Below are positions 10,449 to 22,486 of a stretch of DNA of 64,000 bases, in pieces. This DNA comes from Klebsormidium nitens (Eukaryota; Plantae; Klebsormidiophyceae), in the NCBI GenBank assembly GCA_000708835.1, contig DF237260.1:42260-106259 (forward strand). The letters are read 5' to 3'. The stretch's first letter is position 1; every line of letters starts with the position of its first letter. The notes under the pieces are model-generated. The model had not been told where the DNA came from and did no database searches. It saw only the letters and a program-made list of their open reading frames with translations. The position numbers were made by a program, and so were the translations under genes.

Positions 10449-13400
10449 CTAAACCCCGATGAAGTCGCGCAGCGCGGGCAGCACCTGCGTCGCCGCGACG
10501 ACGTACTTCTCGTCCTCGTTGGAAGGCCACTGCAACAGATAAAAGTAGCTCAGAATCACGTCATTCTCCTGGGGAGTTACGTCATTCTCCTCGCAGAAGT
10601 GGCCGTTACGCAAAACTGATGTACTTCTGGAGCGGTGATTGCGCAAAGTCGACCTTCCTGCTTTACTGAACCTTCGAGAAAAGACCGTCACTATGAGGTT
10701 CTATCTCAACGGTAACCCGAATCACATAACCCAAAATCACGTACCTCGAAGAGAGCCGCAGAGCTGCTACGTGCGCGGTAGAAGTGAATCCAAGTACTTG
10801 AGCGTCGCAACTGTTCGATACTATTCCTTTCTCGAAACATTGTTTTGAGGCTCGAAGTTAGACCCGAAGTTGTCACCCAAATGCTAGCCCAACTCCAAAA
10901 CCTAAGCTGCGAAAAAACTCCACGAATTAACCAATAGCTCTCGGGAGATGTCACCGACCAGAAAAATGGCGTGCCCACCTGCACGGGGATCGGCGCCCCG
11001 ACCACCACTTTGGCAATCTCGTTGATCTGCTGCTCGATGTCTCCCGGGGGGGGTGGCGCGCCCGGGTCTTTGACACCCACAAACTCCTCAAGAAAGTAGA
11101 CGTCCTGGAGGACCTGGTTCTTGTCCACCGCCGGGTGCTTTGGGGCTGCCGTCTGCAGCAAAACAACTCTTCCTTACATCTGTTTCAGGCTTCGTTTGTC
11201 GTAGAGGGAATGTTTTCAATTCGTATTATAGATTTGGATTTGCTGTAGTTGAGATGAGCCTATTGTCTTCGGACTCGGGAATCGAACATCGTTTCAGCTT
11301 CCTTTCGATACGTACTATAGTAATGGTACCCTGTAAAAGGCCTTGGAACGTCGTATATTTCTTTCATCCGAGTAATTTAAGAGGGGCTTATTCTATCCTC
11401 CTGTGCGTACGGCCTCAAGGAGTTTGACGTTGTCTGTTGGGCACCAGACGGATTCGCGAATATTCGGACGCGATGGTTGCCCGGGGAGAATACACCAATA
11501 TCCGGGACGATCGAGCAGTTCAAAGTAGAAAACGGTGGGAAGGCGGACGCAAAAAGCACGGAAGATCTGGGAGGAGCAGATCTTCTGCAGCTACGTTACT
11601 TTCAAGACAACCGGCGAGCTTGACTGATTCTAAGCTCACATTATTCAAGCTGCAACTGAAAAGGGCGTCTGGCTCCCTGACCGAATCGAGATGGGGCAGA
11701 AAAATGGACGGAAGCGGCAGACGCTAACACGACGAACAAGCGGCACGAAGGGAAACGTAACAAAAAAGAGAAGGTCGGACGGATCAAAGCGTCCGCTGAA
11801 GAATGCTTTGCTCTCCGGACGACCAAAAGGGGCAGATTGAACGGACGGATCCGACAGACGCGGACACAGCCGACGGAACCGGACATAGAAAGTAACTGCG
11901 GACGGAGCACAGAAGGTACCTTTGCTTCTTGGCCGCTCAGAACGGGCGTAGAAAAGACGGACCCGATAGCGCACATAAAACACACGGACCCGGACACAAA
12001 GAGTTTACCCGGATTTACCAAAACGATCACCTTGCTTTTTTTAACAGTCAAAAAGGGCAGATGAACGGACCGATCGCATACACGCGGACACAGAGGACGG
12101 AAGCGGACAAGAAGAGTATATTCGGACGTTCCGAAACGGTCACCTTGCTTTCCTGGAAGACCAATAATGGCTATTCGGCCGGACGAACCGAAAAAAAAGA
12201 ATTTCGGACGTACCAAAACGGTCACCTTGCTTTCCTGGACAGTTAGAACCGGCCTCTTGACGAGCGCCTCCTCTTCCTGCCGCTGCGGCTGCTTCGGCTG
12301 CGTCTCTTTCACCGCTTCCTTCTGCGGAGAATGGAACAAAACTTTCTGATTTCAGATTTCAGAATGCTGAAACCATGTGTCGAGTAATTTGATCATTGAA
12401 AACCTAACATTTAGGGTGCTTGGGCTGCGTCCCTTTCACCGCTTTCTTCTGCCAAGAAAGGGATGAACACTTTCAAACTTCAGAATGCTGAAGTGTCGAT
12501 GTGTATCAAAGAACGCAAATCTAAGATCAAATCGCGAAAGAATTCCCTATGAAACGAATCATTCTTGCGGGTCTCAGCTACTCTTCGTGTTTGTACCCTC
12601 TGTAGCTTCCACACTTCGCGCTCAGGTTTGGAGGCAAGCACTGCGGACAGGTTGCTTCCAGAAATTCTAAAATTAATGCTTCAGCACTATCTTTGTTGTT
12701 CTGCTTCATATGATATATGATGATCAGTTTGACTTGCTTGTAACTCACCACGGGCGAATAGGGGCGAATATACGCCCGGGTGACCTCCTCGTGGCCCGGC
12801 GTTTCGGCCAGGACCTTGGGCGGTTTGGCCTGAGGGGGCGTCGGTTCCGGTTCCGCCGTTCCGGGCCCGTCAACCGGTTCCTTGGGCGGACCGGTGTCTT
12901 CCGGGTGGAGAAGCCCCGGGCGCGGAAAGAGCTCGTTCCTGATCGCGCGAAGGACGCCGCGAATGGTGTCGAGAGTCTGCGCGTCAGCGCAAGGAAAAGG
13001 TGTAAATAAGGGGCCTTAAGAACTTTCTCGAGGTTCGAGTCATCAGATGCGTTTTCGAAAAGATAGGCGATCGGAGCAAGGTGAAAAAGGAACCCAGAGG
13101 GCTTACTTTCTCTTACCCAACTGGAACTATTTACTTTCTCTGCGTTCTTAGAGAACCCAATTCTGTGGCCCTCCGGTTGCTTGCAAGATCGATGGGCGCT
13201 TCTGTAGTTGCCTGTAAGAGAGTAGAGATAGTTACCCGCGGGTTTGATGAAAACTCGTCAGGACTTGACACCGTCCATTGCACGACGATCGTTAGCGTAT
13301 GCCCGCCCTCTTCTTCCTCGACTAACGCGGTTCGGCGGACTTGATTGGGAGCTTCAGGGGTAAGCATCTGGTACAGAAAAGGCCAAGAATTTAAAACTGC

Positions 13401-15086
13401 TAGTTTCCGTTCACTGGTTACTTTTGCAATGTGTTAGCTGCTTTGTTAGCAGTACTTTCCGTGGAACTTGGAAAGAAACCAGATTTGGAGCAGTTCATGG
13501 CCCAGCTGCTTGGGAAGAAAATTCTGGGACTGGTTTCTAGAATTGTTTTGCCTCTTTGATGAATGTCATCCAGCCTGATTTTGGAGACAAAGTCCAGAGA
13601 AGAAGCCGCAGATTGATTGACTTGAACCAAACAGCAATCCATCAATTGCGGGATGCTGATGCTAAGTTCGGAGGGTATAAGAAAGAGCGCTTTCTGGGCG
13701 ACAGAAAACAGCAGTGATAGATCAATTCAAAGACTAGATATCGAGGCTTGACAAGACGGGGAAAGAGAAAGGTGAAGAGGTGGCACAGTACTAAAATTAA
13801 AGGAAATGGAATGAAAGATCTCAGAAGCAACAACACGCATGTGTTTTCTCAAATACATCCGTGAACAGTTCTTTAGCGGAAGTGCAAGGGACAACGGACC
13901 GAAGAGAAAAAATCCGTAAAGATTCAGTCTCCTCATGGGATTTTAACCAAGTCTTTTTAGAAACAAAAGGTTCATGGAAGAGCTTGCAGAAGCTTGATCC
14001 AGATCTCAAGATGAAAACCAGAGGGTTTAGTGAAGATAGATTGTTGCTGACCATACCCCCAGGATTCGATCCTTCTATCTTTGTCGAATGAACTCAAACC
14101 CACAACTTCGTTCTTACCCTCTTTAAAATCCTTCCGATTAATACTACTGCTGTGATATGCGAAACATTGCCTTCCAACCACGGTCAAACCAGTAGTATTT
14201 GCACACTCTTGCCTTTGATTACGAACGTGGGCGATTACTTCTGCTCTTGAGAGCATCGACTTCCTCTCTGGCCTTGCCTTTAGAAGCTCCCCGTTTCAAA
14301 AGACCGATATTATAAATTAAACTCCCACCGAATAGAGTGTCATAAGGTGAGTTTTCGTCCAAGAAAGCCGCACTCACCTGCTTCCACTCGTAGGCCTTCC
14401 ACAGAAAGTACCCAAAGACCACGAGCGTCGCGGCCGGCACGAGGCAGAATCCGGCCGCCACCGTAGAGAAGAACACCTGAACGGAACCGGAAGACTTGTT
14501 TCTATTCAACTCAAAAAGAAGAGCTCCGAAGGGAGGTCCTGTGTGCATTGTAAGGGAAACTTCGTTCCAAACAGCTCCGAATAGGGCGTGGAGGAGATAT
14601 TGGCAGCATTATACTCTTTGAGCACGTCCTGCTGACGGCTTGCTGAGGTACCTCTGACATCATTCAGTATCTTATCTCACTGCGTGCAGATAAGATACCT
14701 GAGCAACAAACATGCGCGCAAAGATTACGAACTTCGGAGGCTGAGACAAAACAGAAGAGATTGAAACCAGCAAAATGGACAAAAATAGAAAGATATGAAA
14801 CCAGCAAACTGAACAAAAACAGCCCTACAAGAGCTGTCTCTGCGGAAAGCCACTGCATGAGGAAAGACGCAACGCAGAAGCACATTCGCTGGGTTCAACC
14901 TTCGCGCCTGTTTTGAGAGACATCATGACACCTTTCTTGACCTCTTAGACGCCTGCCACGTGTCTTGGTACGCACCAAAGGGACCCACAACGGGCTGGTG
15001 ACCGCCGCCGTCAGGACGGTGACCCCTTTCACCGTCCACACAAGCGGCCTCCCCACGAGGGTCTCCAAGAGACTCATCGCGACCAT
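10449..15086 (-). CDS. Uncharacterised protein with an N-terminal oleosin-like hydrophobic hairpin and a Pro/Glu/Lys-rich tail, 6 exons, about 262 aa
   Basis: Exons 15086-14976, 14476-14378, 12976-12749, 12321-12226, 11152-10979, 10529-10449; all GT-AG and all phase 0. About 50-residue apolar stretch containing TSPLWVP. Confidence 0.7.
11795..12235 (-). repeat. Five degenerate tandem units (82-114 bp), each containing the exon 3' end plus donor (GAAAGCAAG|GTGACC)
   Basis: Motif copies at 12234-12226 (live exon end), 12152-12144, about 12039-12031, about 11928-11920 and about 11815-11805; similarity decays with distance from the exon. Confidence 0.8.
12421..12492 (-). repeat. Intronic duplicate of the acceptor and first 10 codons of the 12321-12226 exon
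   Basis: ggcag|AAGAAAGCGGTGAAAGGGACGCAGCCCAAG versus cgcag|AAGGAAGCGGTGAAAGAGACGCAGCCGAAG; upstream ttcagcattctgaa is also shared. Confidence 0.85.
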
Positions 15087-16416
15087 GCTTGCTCTCCGGG
15101 CTTGGCGCCCCTTTCCAAGTAAGCTGACGAGAAAACTGGTAGGCGCGTGTGGATGTTTGGTGCCTCGCAGAGAGAAAGTTCTTGGTCTTCAGCTATCCGC
15201 GCGCTGTTCGCTTGCCGAGCTAAAGCTGCGCGAAGAAGGGCATCGCACGCGCCATGAATGCGATGAGCGCTTTTCCCTGGGCCTGTCTTCCTCGGTTCTC
15301 TCTTGCGCCTTTCTTTCCTTACGTCCTATTCTTTTCGAGCAGCTTGGAAGCTCTTGAGTCCTGAAGGTGGAGGTCCTTGAACAAAAGGCTCGAAAACTTC
15401 TTGCCGAGTTGCGGACGTGTCGGTTGCGTGAGCAACACGATCCGCTTCCTTGAGGCCAGTTGGGCGACTCGACTTTTAACTAAACTGACGATATTTAATA
15501 TTCTGGGTTGCCATAACCAAGTATCTGCCACCTAGCTATACTACAGTACGTACCCTATTTCCGCTGGAGCTCATGAGACGAAGTGTCCGACCAGGCTCCG
15601 TGTCCCAGTTTGCAAGCGAGAGCTACAGTAAGGACATGCAGATTCGGATAGCGCGTCGACGAGCCAGGCTGGCGCATGGCCACGTGCATGCGGGGCGCGC
15701 AAGAACCGACAGACGGGCAAGATGTGTGAGCATGTATGAAAGGTCAGCAGTCCGCATTCCTTCGACGTGAGCGGCGCGCCCAGATGCACGCGCGCTACAA
15801 ATGCGAACTTTCCATCTCATAAAGGTCCAGCACATCTTAGCGCTGGAACCTTTTACACATGTCAGCGCTTACGTGCGCTCTCGGTTTGCATGAAATGCGC
15901 ACTAGCTCGACAACTTATACTGTAAGCTACTAGGGTAATGCATGATCCCATGCATGCAAGCAGAGCCGCAATGATTAGCTGCTGAGAATAACAACATCAG
16001 TCGTTCTATGGGTTGGGTCCAGCATTAACACTTCACTGCAGAGCCTGGTGCTCTCAGTCGGCGAGGCGAGCGGGCGCAGGCCGCGCGCATTCACTCCGAA
16101 GGAAATGCGCCTGCGCCGGCTTGCCGCCAACAACGTCTACGGACTACTTGTGCACACATGCAATGGATCGGTTCATGACGTAGACGCGCTTTTCTTTGGT
16201 TAGCTCGAGCAGCTCTTGAAAAGCCAGTAGGTGCTCTGCCAATGATTTCACGTGCATTTAGCGCATTGTAATGGGCACAAGTCTTGCCAGCTTCGAATTG
16301 GCCAGCCTTTCCATATGAGTGATCTCAAAGCTCGAACCATCAACAAGCGGATACAGATTCCCATCAATGTGAACGCCTCTTGATCGCATACTGGGCCGGT
16401 TCGACAAGAAACCCGA

Positions 16417-19400
16417 CTAGCTGCCCCACGCCTTCTTGCCCCGCTGCAGCTTCTTCTTGAAACCCTTCGAATCTTTCCGCCGATTGACACGGCTCTTGAG
16501 CTTGGCCCGCTGCGCCGCGAGCGGAGCGCGCTTCATTTTCGCCTTCTGCTTCTCCTTGTTGCTCGCGCCACCCGACTTCTTCTTGCCGCGCGCCTTGGAC
16601 GACCCGAACCGGCCGCGGTCCTCGCGCCCGGCTTGGATGGACGCCATACGTTGCTCCTGGAGGAGTAATCAAGCGCGTAAACGGCAGGAGTAAACAGCGC
16701 CTTCAAATCAGACCTTTAGATTCATCGTTGGTAAAAGATACACAGAAGACGGAGAAGCGCGGGCGAAAGAAGGAGACAGACCGAGAAGCGACGACTCCGC
16801 ACACGAGGAGCTCGAACGCGGTCAACTTTGGGTCCGAGGTGCTGTTTACGCAACAAACTCACGTCTACGTCAGCAGCTCAGTACCAGCCTAACCGTACAC
16901 GTCTTGCCCGGCACTCTCTGATAGCGGATAGGCAATAAATCGAAGCGAAAAAGACACAGAAAGACCCACTTTGCTCCACCTTGTCAAAATTCGTACCAAA
17001 CAAGAACATCTCACCTTCTCCCGCTTCTTCCGTATCGTTGCGTCCAAGTCCCCTGGGTCCACGCGCCGCTCGCTCAGGTCCCCGCGGGCCTTGGTCGGTG
17101 CGGCGTCGCCCTCTTTCCCCTTCACTTTCCGCACGCCGTGCTTCGCCATCGCCGCCTCCAGGGCCTTCTTCGCCTGCAGCCGCCGGATCCGCCGGAAGTC
17201 CTCGTCCGACAAAATCCCGTCCGCGCTGACGTCAGCGATGACGTCATCCTCCGCCACCGTTACTGCCGACAGCTCCGCCGCCTTGCGCTTCAAGCTGCGC
17301 AGGCTCGCCGAGGCGTTGACCGCCGGCGTCCCGTCGTTCGCCGGTTCGCTAGGACCCGCCACGTCGGGTCCGCTTTTCGCGATGACGTCAGCAAGCTCGT
17401 CATTGTCGTCGGACGACCCTGCCTCGTCGTCCGAGCCGGCGTCCGCTCCCTCGCCGCCGGATTCCGCGGCCTCGTCACCGGAACCCGCCTCCTCGGCGTC
17501 GGAGTCCGCCCCCTCGTCGTCCGAGTCCATATCCTCAAAGCCCTCGCTTTCCTCCCCGCTCTCGTTCTCTCTCCCTTCCACAAACTCCGCATTCAGACTC
17601 CCATTCGCGTCTCTCTCGTGCACTCTCTGCTTCTTTCTAGAGGGATCCCCCTCAGCCTCTTTTCCGATCTCCTCCTCTCCCTCCGCGAAAGTCTTCCTCT
17701 TTCTAGAGACCCGTTCTTCCGCGTCGCTATCTTCTTCGTCGCTTCCCTCTTCGTCGCTCGATTCCGTGTCCGGTTCCGCCAGGAGCTCCGCTCCCGGAAC
17801 GCTGGACGGAACCTCCTTTTCTCCATACGCTTTGGGCTTGGCCTCGAGATCGGCACCGCGCCCGCGGTCCTTCTTTTCAAGCAGGGACGGCGCGAGCTGT
17901 GGAAGGAATCGAACCATGTCAATCGATGAAACCGATAATGGCACCCGAATTCAGCGCGAAGCAGTAGGGGATGCTTTCCTCAAGTGATGAGTCGTTCGAC
18001 AGGGTGATTCAGTTTGTGAAAATGCTCGTCTTGAGCGAGAAGACCAGTTTCGGCGCCTAAGGTCCTGGCATCTGCTTTCAACCTCCTCTTACCAAGGGCT
18101 GAGGCCAAGATGACGATACCCAAAAGCAGCCCCTAGGTACGACTTGCAGATTGGCCTCCATATAGGAAGCCCTACCTCCCGGAACAGCGAGATGAGCGAG
18201 CGCGCAGCGGTCGCGACGGCCTTCTCGCGCGACTTCTTGTAGAGCGCGAGGTCTTGCAGCAGGTCCGCGGTCATGAGCAGCGGCATGCGCGCGCACAGCT
18301 CGCGCACCGTCTTCAGGCCGACGGCCATCACCTCGGGGCGCGCGCGGTCGTGCACGAACTGGTTCACCAGCTGCCGCAGAACGGGCTCAACCGCGTCGGG
18401 AGGAACCTGTAACCAGGAAAAAGGGGCGGGGGAGTGAAGATTGGTCTGAATTAGCGTGGTAGTGCACGGATCGGTTCACCAGCTCAACTGGCGCAGCACC
18501 GGCTCCACCGCGTCGGGGGGGACCTGAGACACCAGAAAGAAGGGGGGGAGAGTGAAAAACTTGATCATGCAGGATGCGCGCCGGTCGTGAATGGAATCAC
18601 GGGCGCAGCACCGAATAGACCCCATCGGGGGGGGACCTGGAACCAGAAGAAAAAGCGGAGGGAGATGATGATTTTGCATCTGATGTGCGTGCGGTCTTGC
18701 ACGACTGAATTACCAGGTGCTGTAGAACCGGCTGCACCACAACTGGGGGACCTGCCAGAGCTGTACCAGACTTTACTTTTGGTAACCGCAGTCGAAGCTG
18801 CTGCACGTATCAAAGTGCGTTGCATGATGGAGTTTTCCGGATCAAAAGTGCCGACATGGGATCCCTTATAGAAGGGAATAGCGGTTAAAACAGAACTTAA
18901 TACCTTCAAGAAAGGGGTTCGCAATCCGATCAAATTATGTAGCTTCAAAGCGATGCTTGCCGTGAAGGTTAGGAATTAGGCCTCACCTGGTCGTGGCAGG
19001 CCTGCACGAGCGCGGCGAGGAGGTGGGTGACGTCACGCTGATGCGGCTGCACGTAGCGCTGGAGGTACGGGTAGAAGTTGAGCAGCAGCAGGCGGTGCAC
19101 GCCGATGACGCGCGAGATGACGTTCATCATCATCAGCTTCACCTGCGCGGAAGCACGGGGATGACGTCAGCTTGAGAAACACCTGGATGACGTCAAGGAC
19201 GAGCCGCAGAATGCACAAGTGAGCACCTTTACAAGGTGCATTGCGTTCCGACCGTCCGGGGTCGTTATTTTTCGCCTTCTGCTGCTTTCTCGAACACCTA
19301 AGACAGGAAGACAGAAGACGAAAATGAAGAAGAGAGAAGGCAAAACCGAATGACAGGACCACAAGCGATCAGCGGTTCTCGGGAGTGACAGGAAGGCACA

Positions 19401-22400
19401 AATTGGGAGGCAGACCGTAGGTATCTGAGAAAGCTCACAGCGCATCTCATCACAGCGAGGAGTGTGAAGACCGAGGGATCGAAGAAGCACAATTGAACCT
19501 TAGACGGAGAGATGAAAGAAGCACAAACAAATCGTAAGACAGAGAGATCAAAGGAGCAGAAATGAAGGGGTCATAGCGCACCTCGAACCGCTCGCTGCAC
19601 GCGCGCAGCCGCGCAAACAGCCGCTCCACAAAGCCCTGCGGGTCATTCAGCAGCTGCAGCGCCGCAAAGCTGACGGCGCCCCCGCCCTCCTTCGACCGCT
19701 GCTGCTTCTTCAAGCTCTGCATCACTCGCTTCAATTTCGCCTGCTTCTTCTTCTTGCTGCTTCCCGTCCCCTTTTTGTAAGCTTTGTAAATATCTTCCTT
19801 GTTTGGCTGCACAGCGGGGGTTGCCCCTGGGGCTTCGTCGTCGCTGGACTCGGATTCGGAGCCGTCGTCGGTGCGCTCGTCGGTGCCGAGGAAGAACTTG
19901 AGGGCGGCGATCATGATCCTGAGAAGGGGTACGTTGATACTTTGAGACTTCGGAACAGGCTATAGCTGTCAACACGTAGAGGGGGGAAAGAAAAGATTCA
20001 GATGGTCGTAAAGTGCAACAACTGGTTCGAATTTCGAGCCGTCGTTGGTGCGCTCATTGATGCCGAGAAAAGACTTGCGGGCCGCTCTTAAAAAGCCTGA
20101 TGACAGAAGTGACAGAAGTGACAGAAGACGCCTTGCAAATGATAATTGAGTCAGGTCGAACGGGCTCGAAAGAAACGATGAGTGACAACCACTCTGCTAT
20201 GACGACCCGAAAAGACTTGCTCGAAACAAAGTCAAGCATTTGAAACCTCCTCTGCAGCGGTCTTTTCGACAAGACTTCAATCTAGGTGTAGAAGCTTTAG
20301 ATATAGTAAGCTAACCAGCCTGGGACGGATGGGGTTAATCTGGGGTTTGGGGTAGTGCGGGTACCGAGCGGGTGATTGTGAGGGTTGGATTTTCAATGTC
20401 AGGGTAGAAACTTACTATACCTAGAGCTTACTGTACCTGAATGAAGGCGTCCTTTCAAGCCTACCCGATCAAGAAAGGAGGACGTGGTAGTGACAGCTGA
20501 AAGAGTCGAAGTACCAACAAGATCTCTGTTGACGATGACGAACTCACATTCGAGCCCTCCCCCAAGCGTCTGGCCACCTCCACCTAGTCTAGATACAGCC
20601 CAACAAGAAACAATAATGTGAAGATGTACCACACTGCAACTCAGTATCAGAATCCTAAGGCCCAGAGCAAGGGTAACAAAAGCAAGTATTCCTAACAATC
20701 AAAACTTCGAATATCTTCAGACCACTCACCTCGACTTGCTGTGCTGGCAGGCGCTCGCGATCACGTTTACCGAGCGCGCGTCCGTCCACACTTGACGCTT
20801 GTGCAGCTCGATCAGCACCGCGAGCGACTTCTTTGCGGCGGTCTCGTTCTCGTCGTTGACCATGCTGTAGAGGAAGTTTTGCAGCGAGCGGTTCATGCGC
20901 TCGTCGCGGTGCTTCCGGTTGAGCGCGCTGATGTCGTGCACGATGTGCGAGAAGAGCAGCTGGCGGAGCGACTTGTCGGGGCAGCGGAAGAGGCGGAAGA
21001 AGAGCGGGAACAGCGTCGCGGGGCCGACCACCTGCGACGGGTCGGGAAAGGCATGAAGTGAGGTGCTGACGGAGTCATCAGATTAATAACCGCCAATCCG
21101 TAGTCGGCATCTTATGGTTGAGACTAGGACAGTATCTGAATATCTTCAAGCCCCCAACTGTCAGTTTGTGGACGGAAACGGTTCAATATACTTGAGATCG
21201 ACTTATCTTGCTTGAGGAAGAAGGAAAATCATCAAAGGGACCGAAGGTGTTGCAAAAGAAATGGTGGAGAGATTCTTGGGAGGTGGATAGAAGGTCGTGG
21301 CAGGAATTGGCGTACAGTCACTGGCAATAAGGGGAGGGACAAGCTTGTTCATGTTTCAGGCTGGCCTAAGACGCGCCAACTCAGACGACTCCTTGGAATG
21401 TACGTAACCAATATATTTCTGGAAATTGCAATACACTCTAAGTCCTCCACTCCCCGCAATGCGTCTCTCCTTCGACCTTGGAATCAATAAATAGCTGTTG
21501 CAACAGAAGAAGCAAAACGCAAGAAACACCAAGTCCAATGCTGGGGTGTATGACGCAAAGGTGCACGACCATGATTGGACCTCCCCGCCAAACCTAGTGC
21601 ACAGGGATCCCCTCACCTGCTTGTTCCTGAGAAGAATTAGCGCTTGCGCAAGGGTCTTGCGCAAGCCATGATCCAGAATCATGCTGTGCTGGTCTAGCAG
21701 GTCCATGATCTCTTGGGGAAAAGTAGCCAAGTCCTTGGGGTAACAGATGGCCACCTGACAAGAGGGCACGGAGCATCAGCACCCTTGAGATATAAAGTTT
21801 GATTTGCCCCAATTCTTGTCTGGCTTAAATGACGGACTCAATAAAACTGACCATGACTTAGCTTGTGATGGTGGTGGTGCGGAAAAGTGATTGCTTGGCT
21901 GCTTTAGCCGCCAGCCATGAACCACTTTCTTCCAGTGATCTTGGAAGAAAGTACTCTCTGTACGCAAGAGATTTTTCTAATTGTTTGGTCAAAACAAAGA
22001 TTCAAACACGGCGGCATCCTCCAGACCAATGTGGGCGCTGGTGGACGTGTGGGCAATGAGAACAGAGGCTTGAAGAACTGCTCTCATTCAGAGATTCCGT
22101 CATACCTAGTTCTTTCAAGGACCCTGTGCAAAGAAAATTGAGCGATACGATGGTGGTGGTCAAAGTACAGGCTTTTCTCTCATGCACGGACTGAACCCCT
22201 AACAATCACAACACTCTGCTCACAACGGGATTGCACCACTTTCCGTAATCAACTATAACACAAATTGTACACGTGTCCTTCACAACCACCTCACCTGGGA
22301 CAAAAACATGACCAAATCGGCGAAGTCCTTGGACTCTCCCATAGGACGCAGGGAAAAGATGCCAAGCTGCGCTTTGTAGTGCCGGTACTGCATGAGAAAC

Positions 22401-22486
22401 TCGTCTTTGTAGCCCTCGGGGTCCCGCTTGATCTGCCCCTGCAACAGGAGCAGGTCGCCCGCGCTCGTGTTGCCCGCCATTGCCAT
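16417..22486 (-). CDS. SDA1: Protein SDA1 homolog (60S ribosome biogenesis), 8 exons, about 825 aa
   Basis: Exons 22486-22295, 21754-21617, 21031-20730, 19918-19582, 19142-18987, 18406-18176, 17896-17015, 16656-16417 (2478 nt, in phase). Motifs LQGQIKRDPEGYKDEF, LNDPQGFVERLF, NFYPYLQRYVQPHQRDVT, MAVGLKTVRELCARMP; acidic middle and basic C-terminus. Confidence 0.95.
18473..18665 (-). repeat. Two tandem intronic copies of the SDA1 exon 6 acceptor and exon start
   Basis: Exon-like starts at 18636, 18523 and the live 18406 (periods 113 and 117) share the pyrimidine tract and cag|GTYCCYCCC. Confidence 0.9.
20101..20127 (+). repeat. (TGACAGAAG)x3 minisatellite in SDA1 intron 3
   Basis: Three exact 9-bp units read directly from the sequence. 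Confidence 0.9.
20292..20429. mobile_element. MITE-like element, copy 1 (about 21-bp TIRs, G-rich telomere-like core)
   Basis: TIRs aagctttagatatagtaagct (20292-20312) and reverse complement of 20409-20429 aagctctaggtatagtaagtt. Core is homologous to the reverse complement of about 56345-56427. Confidence 0.7.

Noticed and set aside
13131-14256. ORFs inside the 1.4-kb intron of the oleosin-like gene as extra exons
   Set aside because: Splice phases do not fit, codon usage is intron-like, and exon 2 joins exon 3 directly in frame.
16971-17987. Long plus-strand ORFs (338 aa, 263 aa) and similar ORFs opposite SIN3 exon 13
   Set aside because: Antisense shadows of GC3-rich, low-complexity exons.
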